Under the pieces are notes generated by a model, which ran no database searches, had not been told where the DNA came from, and saw only the letters and a program-made list of their open reading frames with translations. Both the position numbers and the translations under genes were made by a program. From assembly GCA_018673915.1 (NCBI GenBank), contig JABHBK010000001.1:68069-132068 (forward strand): DNA of 64,000 nt, in the 5' to 3' direction. Within the stretch, counting starts at the first letter, position 1. Each line of letters opens with the position of its first letter. Shown here piece after piece: positions 53,415 through 62,506 of the stretch. Source of the DNA: Nitrospina sp. (lineage in GTDB: Bacteria > Nitrospinota > Nitrospinia > Nitrospinales > VA-1).

Positions 53415-53608
53415 GATTTATCTTTTTGTTTGAATCTTTTGGGTAAAAGTATAAAATATTAGTAGTTATGTGTTTGGTCAGGTTTTGCTAGGAACTAAAT
53501 CGAAAGGCATAGTGTTAAATATTTATGTAAGCCTTGAAGATGTTTTTTTGAACCAACTCTTAATAATTCAATGAGTTTGAAGCTGGCTCTGCTTTTGATG
53601 ATTGGGGG

Positions 53609-53737
53609 TTACATAAAAAACTCCATGTAGACCATCCAACCTATCATAGAAAGGATTAGGACCGCATAGCCAGTGTGAACCCAGACTGTGAAAATGGGGT
53701 TTTCTCTTCGTTTTTCCAATGGCTCTTTTTCTTTCAT
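53609..53737 (-). CDS. 42-aa single-TM small protein (below track threshold)
   Basis: ATG after GGGGAAATC. MKEKEPLEKRRENPIFTVWVHTGYAVLILSMIGWMVYMEFFM. Confidence 0.35.
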   Translation of the reverse strand: MKEKEPLEKRRENPIFTVWVHTGYAVLILSMIGWMVYMEFFM

Positions 53738-53823
53738 GATTTCCCCAATTAAAGCCGAAATAATACTATGGATAGACAAATAATCCCAATAAGAATTTGA
53801 GAATGTTCCCTCCTGAAATGCAA

Positions 53824-54996
53824 ATGAAGAAAAACTTCACAGCTACGTTAGTCCTTATGCTTGCACTGTTAGCAGTGCCGGCATTCGCAGATGACTTTCA
53901 AGATGGCCTGGATGCCGCTAACCGAGGAGATTTTAATGCGGCTTTCGATATTTGGGAACCTGTGGGGAAAAGAGGGAATGCCCTAGCTCAGTTTAACCTT
54001 GGACTGATGTATGACAAGGGGGAGGGCGTTAAGCGTGATTATAAAAAGGCTGTCAAATGGTACAAGCTTGCGGCAAGGCAGGGAATCTCTTCCGCACAGT
54101 TTAATCTTGGATGGCTTTATAGCAAGGGTAAAGGCATCCGGCAAAGTTTTAAAAGAGCCATCATGTGGTATGCCCGAGCCGCCAAGAAGGGTAACCCTTC
54201 GGCGCAATTTAACCTTGGACTGATGTATGACATTGGCGAGGGAGTGGCACCGGATTATAAGAGAGCGATAAAATGGTATCGTTTAGCGGCCAAGCAAAAC
54301 AACTCTCAGGCGCAATTCAATCTAGGTCAGTTGTATGAGTCTGGAGAACGAATTTCTCAGGATTACAATAGAGCGGTCAAATGGTATAAAGCCGCTGCGA
54401 AAAATGGGAATGAGTTGGCCCAGTTTAAGCTTGGGACTCTGTTTGAAAAGGGGAAGGGAGCTACCCAGAGCTACAAGAAAGCAGTCAAGTGGTACAAACT
54501 TGCGGCCAAGCAGGGTAATGAAATTGCCCAGTTTAACCTTGGCTATATGTTTAGCCGAGGCATAGGGATCCAGCGAAACTATCAAGATGCTGTCAAATGG
54601 TATCGGCTTTCAGCAGCGCAAGGTAATATTATAGCTCAGTACAATCTGGGTGTTTTTCATGTTGAAGGGAAGGGCGTTCGCCAAAGTTATTCCAAGGCCG
54701 CCAGTTGGTTCCGGCTGGCTGCAAAACGAGGGGATTCTGAAGCGCAATTTCGTCTTGGCATGATGTACGAAGATGGGGATGGAGTTGAAAAGAATCCAGA
54801 AAAAGCTGTTAGGCTCTATCGGTTTGCGGCGGATCAAGGTCATGCTCTAGCCCAAGGAAACCTGGGTTGGATGTATATCAATGGAAAAGGTGTTGAGGAA
54901 GATTTGGACGAGGCGGCGAAATGGTATCGGCGTTCTGAGCAATCCAGCAAAAACCAAAATAAACAGAGTGGGCAACCACTCTTTTCCCTGCGGTAA
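53824..54996 (+). CDS. secreted Sel1-repeat (SLR/TPR-like) protein, about 10 repeats
   Basis: Signal peptide MKKNFTATLVLMLALLAVPAFA. 36-aa units of the type AQFNLGxMYxxGxGVxxDYKKAVKWYxLAAxQG are repeated. The track ORF starts at 53797. Confidence 0.9.
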   Translation: MKKNFTATLVLMLALLAVPAFADDFQDGLDAANRGDFNAAFDIWEPVGKRGNALAQFNLGLMYDKGEGVKRDYKKAVKWYKLAARQGISSAQFNLGWLYSKGKGIRQSFKRAIMWYARAAKKGNPSAQFNLGLMYDIGEGVAPDYKRAIKWYRLAAKQNNSQAQFNLGQLYESGERISQDYNRAVKWYKAAAKNGNELAQFKLGTLFEKGKGATQSYKKAVKWYKLAAKQGNEIAQFNLGYMFSRGIGIQRNYQDAVKWYRLSAAQGNIIAQYNLGVFHVEGKGVRQSYSKAASWFRLAAKRGDSEAQFRLGMMYEDGDGVEKNPEKAVRLYRFAADQGHALAQGNLGWMYINGKGVEEDLDEAAKWYRRSEQSSKNQNKQSGQPLFSLR

Positions 54997-55039
54997 TTTG
55001 GGCAAATTTTATTTTTAAGTCAACAGGTCGTAAAAACTT

Positions 55040-55210
55040 TTATCGCGTTAGATTTGCAATTTTTTCGATATACTCTTCGCCGTAAATTTCAAGCATAGTA
55101 TGGATATTTTGCCTTTTTAAATCTTCTTCAAAACTAAACTTTTTCGAAGTGTAAGTCTTGGATTGAATTTGTGTTTCAGTTTTTTTTTGATTCTGTGCCA
55201 AATCTTCCAT
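55040..55210 (-). CDS. 56-aa hydrophilic small protein (below track threshold)
   Basis: ATG after GGAGAAAGATC. MEDLAQNQKKTETQIQSKTYTSKKFSFEEDLKRQNIHTMLEIYGEEYIEKIANLTR. Confidence 0.4.
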   Translation of the reverse strand: MEDLAQNQKKTETQIQSKTYTSKKFSFEEDLKRQNIHTMLEIYGEEYIEKIANLTR

Positions 55211-55433
55211 GATCTTTCTCCTGTTAAAACTCTTTCAATAGCTTACTTATCGGTCGATAAAAGCAAGACCTGTACTAGTTTTGAGATCAAAATTAGAGAA
55301 TAGTAAATTTCACTTAACCGATATTTGGGCAATTGAAAGATATAAATAGGCCTAAATGGGTGTGAAACACGTATAATGTTTAAGAATTTATCTGAATGTT
55401 TTGCTGATACTTTTAGGATTGATAAAATAAAAA

Positions 55434-56252
55434 ATGATTGAGTTTGATATAGATCAAATATCCGGAATGAAAATTCTCATTGTGGATGATATTTTGGAGA
55501 ATGTGGATATTTTGGGCCATATTCTTCAACGAAGTGGTTTGGAGATTTCTATTTCTCCAACGGGTGAAAAGGCTCTTGAGGTGATCAGCAAGAATAAGCC
55601 AGACCTGATTCTGATGGATATCAAAATGCCGGGTATGGATGGTTACGAAGTTTGTGCCAAGCTGAAAGCTGATGTGAAAACCAAAGATATTCCCGTTATT
55701 TTTATTACTGCCATGTCAAGTACCGAAGACCTGGTTCGGTCATATAATGCGGGTGGTATCGATTATATTGCCAAACCCTTTCAGGAACAGGAAGTCGTTT
55801 GCAGGATAACCACCCAGCTTAAACTCAAAAAAGCCCAGGATGAAGTAATGCGCCGGGAAAAATTTTATCGGGTCATTGTGGAGAGTGTGCCAGACCTGAT
55901 ATTTCAGTTGGACCCGGATCGGGAAATTATATTCGCGAATCCTGCCTTCCGCCTACTGGGTTATGACCCGGTTGAGCTAGTTGGTACGCCTATCGGAGAC
56001 TTGATCGAATCAGAGAATAAGGAAAGTCTTCTGCAAAGTCTTGCGACTAGAAATGTTGGTCCTCTGGCGATCAGCGACCTTGAGGTTAATTTGAAGGTCA
56101 GTAATGAAGTGAGTCTGGTAACCGAATTGTCAAACCAGAAGATTCTTGTTGATTCCGTCGGCCTTTGGAATGTTTCAGATGAAGACGTTTTCAGGGAGAA
56201 TGTAGATAAGAAGTTTTTAGGAACTCTTTGTGTAGGGAAAAAAGCCGAATAG
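55434..56252 (+). CDS. response regulator: receiver plus PAS domain
   Basis: ILIVDDILEN, LILMDIKMPGMDG, AKP. Then a PAS-like region YRVIVESVPDLIFQLDPDREIIFANPAF. Confidence 0.85.
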   Translation: MIEFDIDQISGMKILIVDDILENVDILGHILQRSGLEISISPTGEKALEVISKNKPDLILMDIKMPGMDGYEVCAKLKADVKTKDIPVIFITAMSSTEDLVRSYNAGGIDYIAKPFQEQEVVCRITTQLKLKKAQDEVMRREKFYRVIVESVPDLIFQLDPDREIIFANPAFRLLGYDPVELVGTPIGDLIESENKESLLQSLATRNVGPLAISDLEVNLKVSNEVSLVTELSNQKILVDSVGLWNVSDEDVFRENVDKKFLGTLCVGKKAE

Positions 56253-56276
56253 GATTTTTGCCTTATTACCTTCCCG

Positions 56277-56702
56277 TTATTTGCTTTTCTTTGCCGCAAC
56301 TTCCGCAGCATGCGCTTTGGCCCGTTTTAACATCGCCGCTCTTTCCTCGGGTGAGAAATCGCTTCTAGGTTTTGGGCCTGGCACTCCCCCACCAGTAGGT
56401 TTGGGCGTAGGGGCGGCTTTTGGAGATTCGGGTTCGATAGGAACTTCAGCGACAATGGCAGGAACGGTCTCGATATCTTCGGTTTCTTCCTCCAGTACCG
56501 GTTCCTCAATTTCTACAATGGGAGCCTGAGCGGCGCGGATTCGTTCTTCCTCTTGTTCTATTAATTCTTTCTTCTCCCGCTTACGTTCCTGAATTTCCAT
56601 TGCACGAAGAAAGGAGTCCTCATTATTGGCCATTTTGGCTTTTGAACCACCACCCGTACGAACATTTACATTAAAATGGAAATCCCTGACCTCCTCGTTC
56701 AT
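56277..56702 (-). CDS. hypothetical E/K/P-rich, probably disordered protein
   Basis: 141-aa ORF that fits the gap. I do not recognise the family. Confidence 0.4.
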   Translation of the reverse strand: MNEEVRDFHFNVNVRTGGGSKAKMANNEDSFLRAMEIQERKREKKELIEQEEERIRAAQAPIVEIEEPVLEEETEDIETVPAIVAEVPIEPESPKAAPTPKPTGGGVPGPKPRSDFSPEERAAMLKRAKAHAAEVAAKKSK

Positions 56703-56838
56703 TGCTCATTCTCCCTGGGTATTTAAATCTACGTATTCTGTTGCCTTATATTATAAGAAACCTTTTGGAAGTGCATGTTTATTTTTTTCTGCAATTGCTA
56801 TTTTGATTCAATGCGTCATCTGCCTTTGTGGCGAGTGG

Positions 56839-57948
56839 TCAGCAAAATTTTTCGGCTGAAGTGAATTCTTTGCCTAGCGCTTTGGCAACTTCCGGATGGG
56901 TAACCGCTCCAAGACAGACATTGAGTCCGGCTCTTAAGGCAGGGTCCTCTTTCATTGCTTGCTGATATCCTTTTTCTGCCAGTGCCAGAGCATATGGGAA
57001 GGTAGCGTTGGTGAGCGCGAAGGTTGAGGTTCGAGCTAGAGCACCCGGCATATTGGCCACGCAGTAATGAATCACTCCTTCGACTTCAAAAATGGGATCG
57101 CTATGTGTTGTCGGACGTGAGGTTTCGAGGACACCCCCTTGGTCAATTCCAACATCAACCACAACCGATCCTGCTTGCATGTGGGTTAGCATTTCTCGGG
57201 TGATAAGGCGCGGAGCTTTGGCGCCGGGAATGAGAACAGCCCCGATGACCAAATCTGCGGTACGGAGTGATTCCATTAAATTGAACCGATTTGACATCAA
57301 GGTTTTGAGCCGGCTTCCATGAATATCATCGAGATAGCGTAGACGTGGCAGGTTGACATCAAGCAGAGTGACCTGCGCCCCGGTTCCAATTGCCATTTTT
57401 GCAGCATTGGCCCCAACAATACCTCCTCCAATGATCACTACATGGCCCGGATCAACACCGGGCACACCGCCGAGCAGAATGCCTCGTCCCCCATTTTCTC
57501 GCTCAAGATATTTTGCGCCCTCGTGCACGGCCATACGGCCTGCTACTTCGCTCATAGGGATGAGAAGGGGCAGAGAACGGTCGGGCAATTGTACGGTTTC
57601 GTAAGCAATGCCCACGATTTTTTGGTCTTGTAGAGCCTGACACAACTCAGGAGCAGGAGCGAGGTGAAGATAGGTGTATAGGATCTGTCCCTCCCGGAGA
57701 AGGCCATATTCCTCGGGTAGCGGTTCTTTGACTTTTACGATCATTTCTGATTTCGAAAATATTTCCTGACGGGAAACAATTTTTGCCCCCTGTGCCAAAT
57801 AATCCTGATTGGGAATGCCACTCCCTTCTCCGGCCAAATCTTCCAGCAAAATCTGATGGCCTCTGGAAACCATATCGTGAACCCCGGCGGGGGTCATTGA
57901 TACCCGGTACTCATCGGTTTTAATTTCTTTGGGAACTCCAACGATCAT
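56839..57948 (-). CDS. ald: alanine dehydrogenase
   Basis: MIVGVPKEIKTDEYRVSMTP, VVIIGGGIVGANAA (Rossmann), VDVGIDQGG. 369 aa. Confidence 0.93.
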   Translation of the reverse strand: MIVGVPKEIKTDEYRVSMTPAGVHDMVSRGHQILLEDLAGEGSGIPNQDYLAQGAKIVSRQEIFSKSEMIVKVKEPLPEEYGLLREGQILYTYLHLAPAPELCQALQDQKIVGIAYETVQLPDRSLPLLIPMSEVAGRMAVHEGAKYLERENGGRGILLGGVPGVDPGHVVIIGGGIVGANAAKMAIGTGAQVTLLDVNLPRLRYLDDIHGSRLKTLMSNRFNLMESLRTADLVIGAVLIPGAKAPRLITREMLTHMQAGSVVVDVGIDQGGVLETSRPTTHSDPIFEVEGVIHYCVANMPGALARTSTFALTNATFPYALALAEKGYQQAMKEDPALRAGLNVCLGAVTHPEVAKALGKEFTSAEKFC

Positions 57949-58097
57949 TTCACTTCTCCAAATGGTTCAACCTCATTAACTTTATTATAAATGAAAGGAG
58001 AACAGGTGTTTGATCTTTTAAATAAAATCCTTTAGAGTAATCATAACAAAACACTCAAAACCTAAATCATTGATAAATTTATAGGAGTGACTCTCTG

Positions 58098-58904
58098 TTG
58101 GAAGAAGTCGTGAAATTTGAGCAAACCATTTTGGCCAATTTGACCGAGGATGGGAAACTGCTGGATTTGGAAGATAAAAATATCGGGCCGGAGGAACTGC
58201 GCCTGCTTTGCGAAGCCGAAGACCTGTCTTCGGTAGAACAACTCTATCTCAGTCAGAATCAGCTTTGCGGGGAGTCTATTGAGATCCTCAGTCAGGTTAA
58301 AGGGCTGACGGGCCTTAGGTCTCTATACCTTAATCACAATATTATTGGCGATGAAGAGGCCAAAGTTCTGGCCAACGCTGAAATATTGCAAAACCTGAAA
58401 TGTCTGATGCTGGAAGCCAATAATATCGGACCTCAGGGTGCCGAAATGCTGGTCAATTCCCCTAACCTGAAAAACCTGGAAATCCTCTTTTTGGACTCGA
58501 ATCCCATTGGCCCTGAGGGAGCGAGGGCCGTGGCCCGTTCAGAACAACTGCCGCGCTTGCAGGCACTTCACTTAGATAGCACCCGTATCGGTGATGAAGG
58601 AATCCAAGCGATTGCAGAAAGTCCCAATTTAACCGGCCTGACAAAACTGTATTTATGTTCGAATAAAATGGGGGATGCGGGCGCTATTGCTTTGGCCAAA
58701 TCTGAAAGCCTGAGAAACTTAATTGTCCTGAGTATCTGGCGCAACGAGATAAGGGATGAGGGTGGTAAAGCCCTGGCAGAATCACCAAATTTTATGAATC
58801 TTGAACGGCTTTATATGAGTCTAAATCTTTTTGAACGGCCTGTGCGCAAGATCATCCGCAGCTCAGAATTGGCAAAACGTTTAACTACCCTGGTGATGGA
58901 CTGA
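58098..58904 (+). CDS. ribonuclease-inhibitor-like leucine-rich-repeat protein
   Basis: TTG start. 28-aa units of the type NLKxLxLxxNxIGxEGAxxLAxSxxL are repeated about 7 times. Confidence 0.8.
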   Translation: MEEVVKFEQTILANLTEDGKLLDLEDKNIGPEELRLLCEAEDLSSVEQLYLSQNQLCGESIEILSQVKGLTGLRSLYLNHNIIGDEEAKVLANAEILQNLKCLMLEANNIGPQGAEMLVNSPNLKNLEILFLDSNPIGPEGARAVARSEQLPRLQALHLDSTRIGDEGIQAIAESPNLTGLTKLYLCSNKMGDAGAIALAKSESLRNLIVLSIWRNEIRDEGGKALAESPNFMNLERLYMSLNLFERPVRKIIRSSELAKRLTTLVMD

Positions 58905-58907
58905 TTC

Positions 58908-59036
58908 ATGACCGAACCAAAACAAGAATATAAATTTACGTATAGCCGGTTCTTCAACGTGTTTTTTCATGTTGGAGTGATCTTCAATGTCGTTCTGGTG
59001 ATCTGGATGATTCTGGTATTTACCGAAGTTCTTTAA
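58908..59036 (+). CDS. 42-aa hydrophobic small ORF immediately after the LRR gene
   Basis: ATG 4 nt after the LRR stop. MTEPKQEYKFTYSRFFNVFFHVGVIFNVVLVIWMILVFTEVL. Weak Shine-Dalgarno sequence. Confidence 0.3.
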   Translation: MTEPKQEYKFTYSRFFNVFFHVGVIFNVVLVIWMILVFTEVL

Positions 59037-59180
59037 CCCTCTGACGAGGGAGGTAAATAGCAATGGCTTTGTTTAGCAAATAAATTCTTTCTCGGCCTGA
59101 GAAGTTCTTGCTAGTTTACTCCGACATAAAGGTAATGATGGGAATATCTGGCCCTCCCACGGTGGTGGGTGGCTCGCCGG

Positions 59181-59858
59181 CTAGCGAATGGCTAGGTACC
59201 ATTTTGTTAGGATGTGTGGTGGGAATCCCAATCTGAACAAGATAGCGATTAAAACATTACGGGCGGTGGTAAAAATTATTCCTTCCTTGATCCAGCGTCG
59301 TGGGGATGTGTGTGCCTTTTCTTTTAACAGAATAACAGACCCTTTTTTCTTCAGACGCCGATAGAAATCAAGATCCTCGCAAATAGGAATTGGAGAGAAT
59401 CCCTGCAAGTCTTTGAAAATCTCTTTACGGACAAAAAATCCTTGGTCTCCGTAAGCAAGACCAAAGTATTTTGAGCGAATGTTTGCTAACAAGGTAATTA
59501 ACTTGAGCGACCATTTCCCAGAATCTATGCAGAGCGTGAATGCACCTCCAATCCATTTAGGATTTTCCATATACTCCAGCATTTTTTGGTAACTTTCTGG
59601 TTCGAGTCGGTTGTCGGCATGTAAAAAAAGTAGTAGATCTCCTGTAGCTTTATCGGCTCCGGCATTCATTTGCAAGGAGCGCCCGGAAGGGCTGGTGATG
59701 ACATGCTGGCTCAGCCTGGTGGCAATTTTACATGTGTCATCTTTACTCCCCCCATCGCTGACAATCACCTCATGAGGGGATAGTTGTTGAATCTGCGACA
59801 AAGTTTTTTCCAGAGCCAGCTCTTCATTTAGGGTGGGAACGATGATTGATACTTTCAA
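59181..59858 (-). CDS. family-2 glycosyltransferase
   Basis: A TTG start after GGAGAG gives (L)KVSIIVPTLNEE...VIVSDGGSKDDT...LHAD. The track ORF extends to 59942. Confidence 0.8.
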   Translation of the reverse strand: MKVSIIVPTLNEELALEKTLSQIQQLSPHEVIVSDGGSKDDTCKIATRLSQHVITSPSGRSLQMNAGADKATGDLLLFLHADNRLEPESYQKMLEYMENPKWIGGAFTLCIDSGKWSLKLITLLANIRSKYFGLAYGDQGFFVRKEIFKDLQGFSPIPICEDLDFYRRLKKKGSVILLKEKAHTSPRRWIKEGIIFTTARNVLIAILFRLGFPPHILTKWYLAIR

Positions 59859-60129
59859 ATCGGCAACTCTCCATAGGCAAAGGGTACTTATAAACTTTTG
59901 CGTATATGGAAGTTTCTCGCTTTTCAGATCCTGTCTACGCAAGCAAACTGCGAGGGAAGTTAATCACAAAACCAGTAGAATTTCAAACCGCATGAATCCA
60001 ACGGGTTTGAAATAGGAAGGAAGCTCAATTGTTTCTTATCCTTAGGTGTTATCTGGCGAAAAAATACGATAGAATATGAGTATTGTCGACAGATAAATTT
60101 TAAGGTTCCCCTCTTCTAAGAGAGGGAAT

Positions 60130-60918
60130 ATGAATATGCTAGCCCATTTTATCGATTCAAGAACATTTCAGTGTGGATACTTTAAGGATCGAAAATCTCT
60201 CTTTGAAGAGTATCTTCTTGAGGATGTCTCTGAGGTAGAGTTTGAATACTTGTTGGCTCACGGTATGCGCCATTTCGGAGATTATTTTTTTCGTCCGCGA
60301 TGCCAAAATTGTTACGAGTGTATTCCTATCCGCGTTCGGACCGATGAGTTCAAGCCAACCCGAAGTCAAAAACGGGCGTTGAATTCCTGTAAGAATGTTG
60401 AAGTTAGAATCGGAGACCCTCGATACACGCAAGAAAAATTCGAGCTTTATCTCAATCATAAGGAGAGGTTTTTCCCCCTGCAAGATGATGTGGAAGACAA
60501 ACAAAGCTTCAGGCTGTCGTTTTATGTCAATACACCCTTCGGAATTGAATTCGAATATTATATTGATGACAAGCTCATTGGGGTTGCTTTGGCCGATAAA
60601 ACTTCCCAATCATTTTCCGCCATATACACATTTTACAAGATTCCTGATAAAAAAATGAGCCTGGGAACTTTTAGTGTATTAAAGCAAATAGATTATGCTT
60701 TGCAAAACCGGATCAAAAATTTTTATCTCGGATATTATATTGCAGATAATTCGTCCCTGGTCTACAAAGCAAGGTTTAGGCCTAATGAGATATATATGGA
60801 CGGGGAATGGCGCCCGTTCCGAAATGCCGGAGGCGACTTTCTTATCCCCTCAGATAAGTTACAATGGAAAAATAACGATCAACTGGTTAAAGCCACATCT
60901 CATATTGAGTTCACCTAA
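60130..60918 (+). CDS. bpt: arginyl/leucyl-tRNA-protein transferase of the ATE/Bpt family (N-end rule)
   Basis: ATE_N Cys motif (CGYF...FRPRCQNCYECIPIRV) and an ATE_C region (SAIYTFY...SLGTFSVL..I......NFYLGYYI). Confidence 0.8.
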   Translation: MNMLAHFIDSRTFQCGYFKDRKSLFEEYLLEDVSEVEFEYLLAHGMRHFGDYFFRPRCQNCYECIPIRVRTDEFKPTRSQKRALNSCKNVEVRIGDPRYTQEKFELYLNHKERFFPLQDDVEDKQSFRLSFYVNTPFGIEFEYYIDDKLIGVALADKTSQSFSAIYTFYKIPDKKMSLGTFSVLKQIDYALQNRIKNFYLGYYIADNSSLVYKARFRPNEIYMDGEWRPFRNAGGDFLIPSDKLQWKNNDQLVKATSHIEFT

Positions 60919-61037
60919 CCGTGAGGTTTTCCGGCGAATGTTGAAGCGGGGAATAGGGTTGTATTGAAGCTCAGCAGTCCATATAATCAAACAGACAATC
61001 ATGTCAAATTTAACAGACCTCCATATTTTCAGGCACT

Positions 61038-61493
61038 ATGGTTAGAAAAAATTCCAGCGGAAAATCATCCTCCAAAATGAGTAAAAAGCAGATTTCATCT
61101 ATTGCGCTGGCCACTTTGGTCTGCCTGTTTGTGGGAGGTGTTTATATCGCGACCAAACCGAAGGTTTCGCCAGTGGCTCCGGCAACCGGTTTTTTAATTG
61201 AAACCCGTCCGCTCCTTTCTGATGCTGTTTTTACGGGACGGGTGGCCGAAGCCTACCGTATCGCCGCAGAAATTCCCAAAGTAATCGACAGCCTGTTTTG
61301 TTATTGCTATTGCAAAAAAAATCATCAGCATAAAACTCTGTTGACCTGCTATACCAACAAGCATGGCTCCAAATGTGATATTTGTTTGGGAGAAGTGTTT
61401 TACGCCTATGAGTTGTATAATCAGGGAAAGACCCTGGATGAAATTGTAATTGCCGTAGACAAAAAGTTTTATCGGCCTTATCGAAGAACTTGA
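61038..61493 (+). CDS. membrane-anchored PCYCGC-motif protein
   Basis: N-terminal TM anchor. Contains FCYCYCKKNHQHKTLLTCYTNKHGSKCDICLGE. Confidence 0.6.
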   Translation: MVRKNSSGKSSSKMSKKQISSIALATLVCLFVGGVYIATKPKVSPVAPATGFLIETRPLLSDAVFTGRVAEAYRIAAEIPKVIDSLFCYCYCKKNHQHKTLLTCYTNKHGSKCDICLGEVFYAYELYNQGKTLDEIVIAVDKKFYRPYRRT

Positions 61494-61501
61494 AATAAAT
61501 T

Positions 61502-62065
61502 ATGGAAAACGTAGTCGAAGATAAACCCATCAGCATTTATATACCCTACACTTTATTAGTGGCGGCACTATTATCAGTGTTCGTGATGTCGCTCAACAAA
61601 GTGGAGTTGAAACCCTTTGAGACTGAATATCCGGCAGAGGCATTTTTGTCTCCCCAATTTGAACTGCCTTCTCTGGCTGGAGGGAATGTGAAGCTTTCTG
61701 ATTACCGTGGAAAAGTGGTGTTCATCAACTTCTGGGCTACCTGGTGCGGAACCTGTGAAGTGGAAATGCCTTCTATGGAAAAATTGTACCGAAAATATAA
61801 AGACTTTGGCTTTGAGATGCTGACCATTAGTGTAGATAAAGATCAGAGCCTGATTGAACCCTTCATGAAGAAATTCAATTTAACGTTTCCGGTGTTGCTT
61901 GACCCTGAAAGCGAAGTCGCCAAGAAAGTTTATAAGACCACTGGCGTTCCAGAAACTTTTATTGTCAACAGAGAAGGTCTCATTGTCCACAAGGCTATTG
62001 GTCCACGGGATTGGGCCAACGATGAAACTCTGGAAGCTTTTTCACAAATGGTACTTGGGAGTTAA
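61502..62065 (+). CDS. TlpA/ResA-like thiol:disulfide oxidoreductase
   Basis: TM anchor. GKVVFINFWATWCGTCEVEMP (CxxC thioredoxin fold). Confidence 0.88.
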   Translation: MENVVEDKPISIYIPYTLLVAALLSVFVMSLNKVELKPFETEYPAEAFLSPQFELPSLAGGNVKLSDYRGKVVFINFWATWCGTCEVEMPSMEKLYRKYKDFGFEMLTISVDKDQSLIEPFMKKFNLTFPVLLDPESEVAKKVYKTTGVPETFIVNREGLIVHKAIGPRDWANDETLEAFSQMVLGS

Positions 62066-62067
62066 TT

Positions 62068-62502
62068 ATGAATTCTTTCCGTCATTCCTTGGCGGTTATT
62101 CTGACCATCCTTTTTCTTTTCCCAGCTGTACAATCTTTTGCTCATGGTGAGGGCCATAAGCCTGAGGCAAAAAATAACAAAATCGCCACGCCCGTAGATT
62201 CGATGTACTCCAACACAGAGAGTGAGAAAGACACCCTTTCGGACTCTGGTAATAGCCTTGATAATATGTTTTCTCCCACTGACCTGTTCACTCAAGATGA
62301 ACTGGTCTCTCCTGATCCTATGCCAATGGATGATAAGAAAATGGAGGGAAGTCATAACGATCAGACGGAGCATCAGCAGGTTAAACTTTCCCATCATGAG
62401 CGAGTTTCTTCTTCCAGTAAGGGATTCGGAGTTGCAGTAGGCATTACTCTGCTTGCTGGGGTAGTTTTTGCGGGTCTCACATTCATGCGACCGGGAGAAT
62501 GA
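62068..62502 (+). CDS. exported His/Met/Asp-rich protein with C-terminal TM anchor
   Basis: Signal peptide ending [28 protein letters not shown]-terminal helix [19 protein letters not shown]. Confidence 0.5.
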   Translation: MNSFRHSLAVILTILFLFPAVQSFAHGEGHKPEAKNNKIATPVDSMYSNTESEKDTLSDSGNSLDNMFSPTDLFTQDELVSPDPMPMDDKKMEGSHNDQTEHQQVKLSHHERVSSSSKGFGVAVGITLLAGVVFAGLTFMRPGE

Positions 62503-62506
62503 CCTG

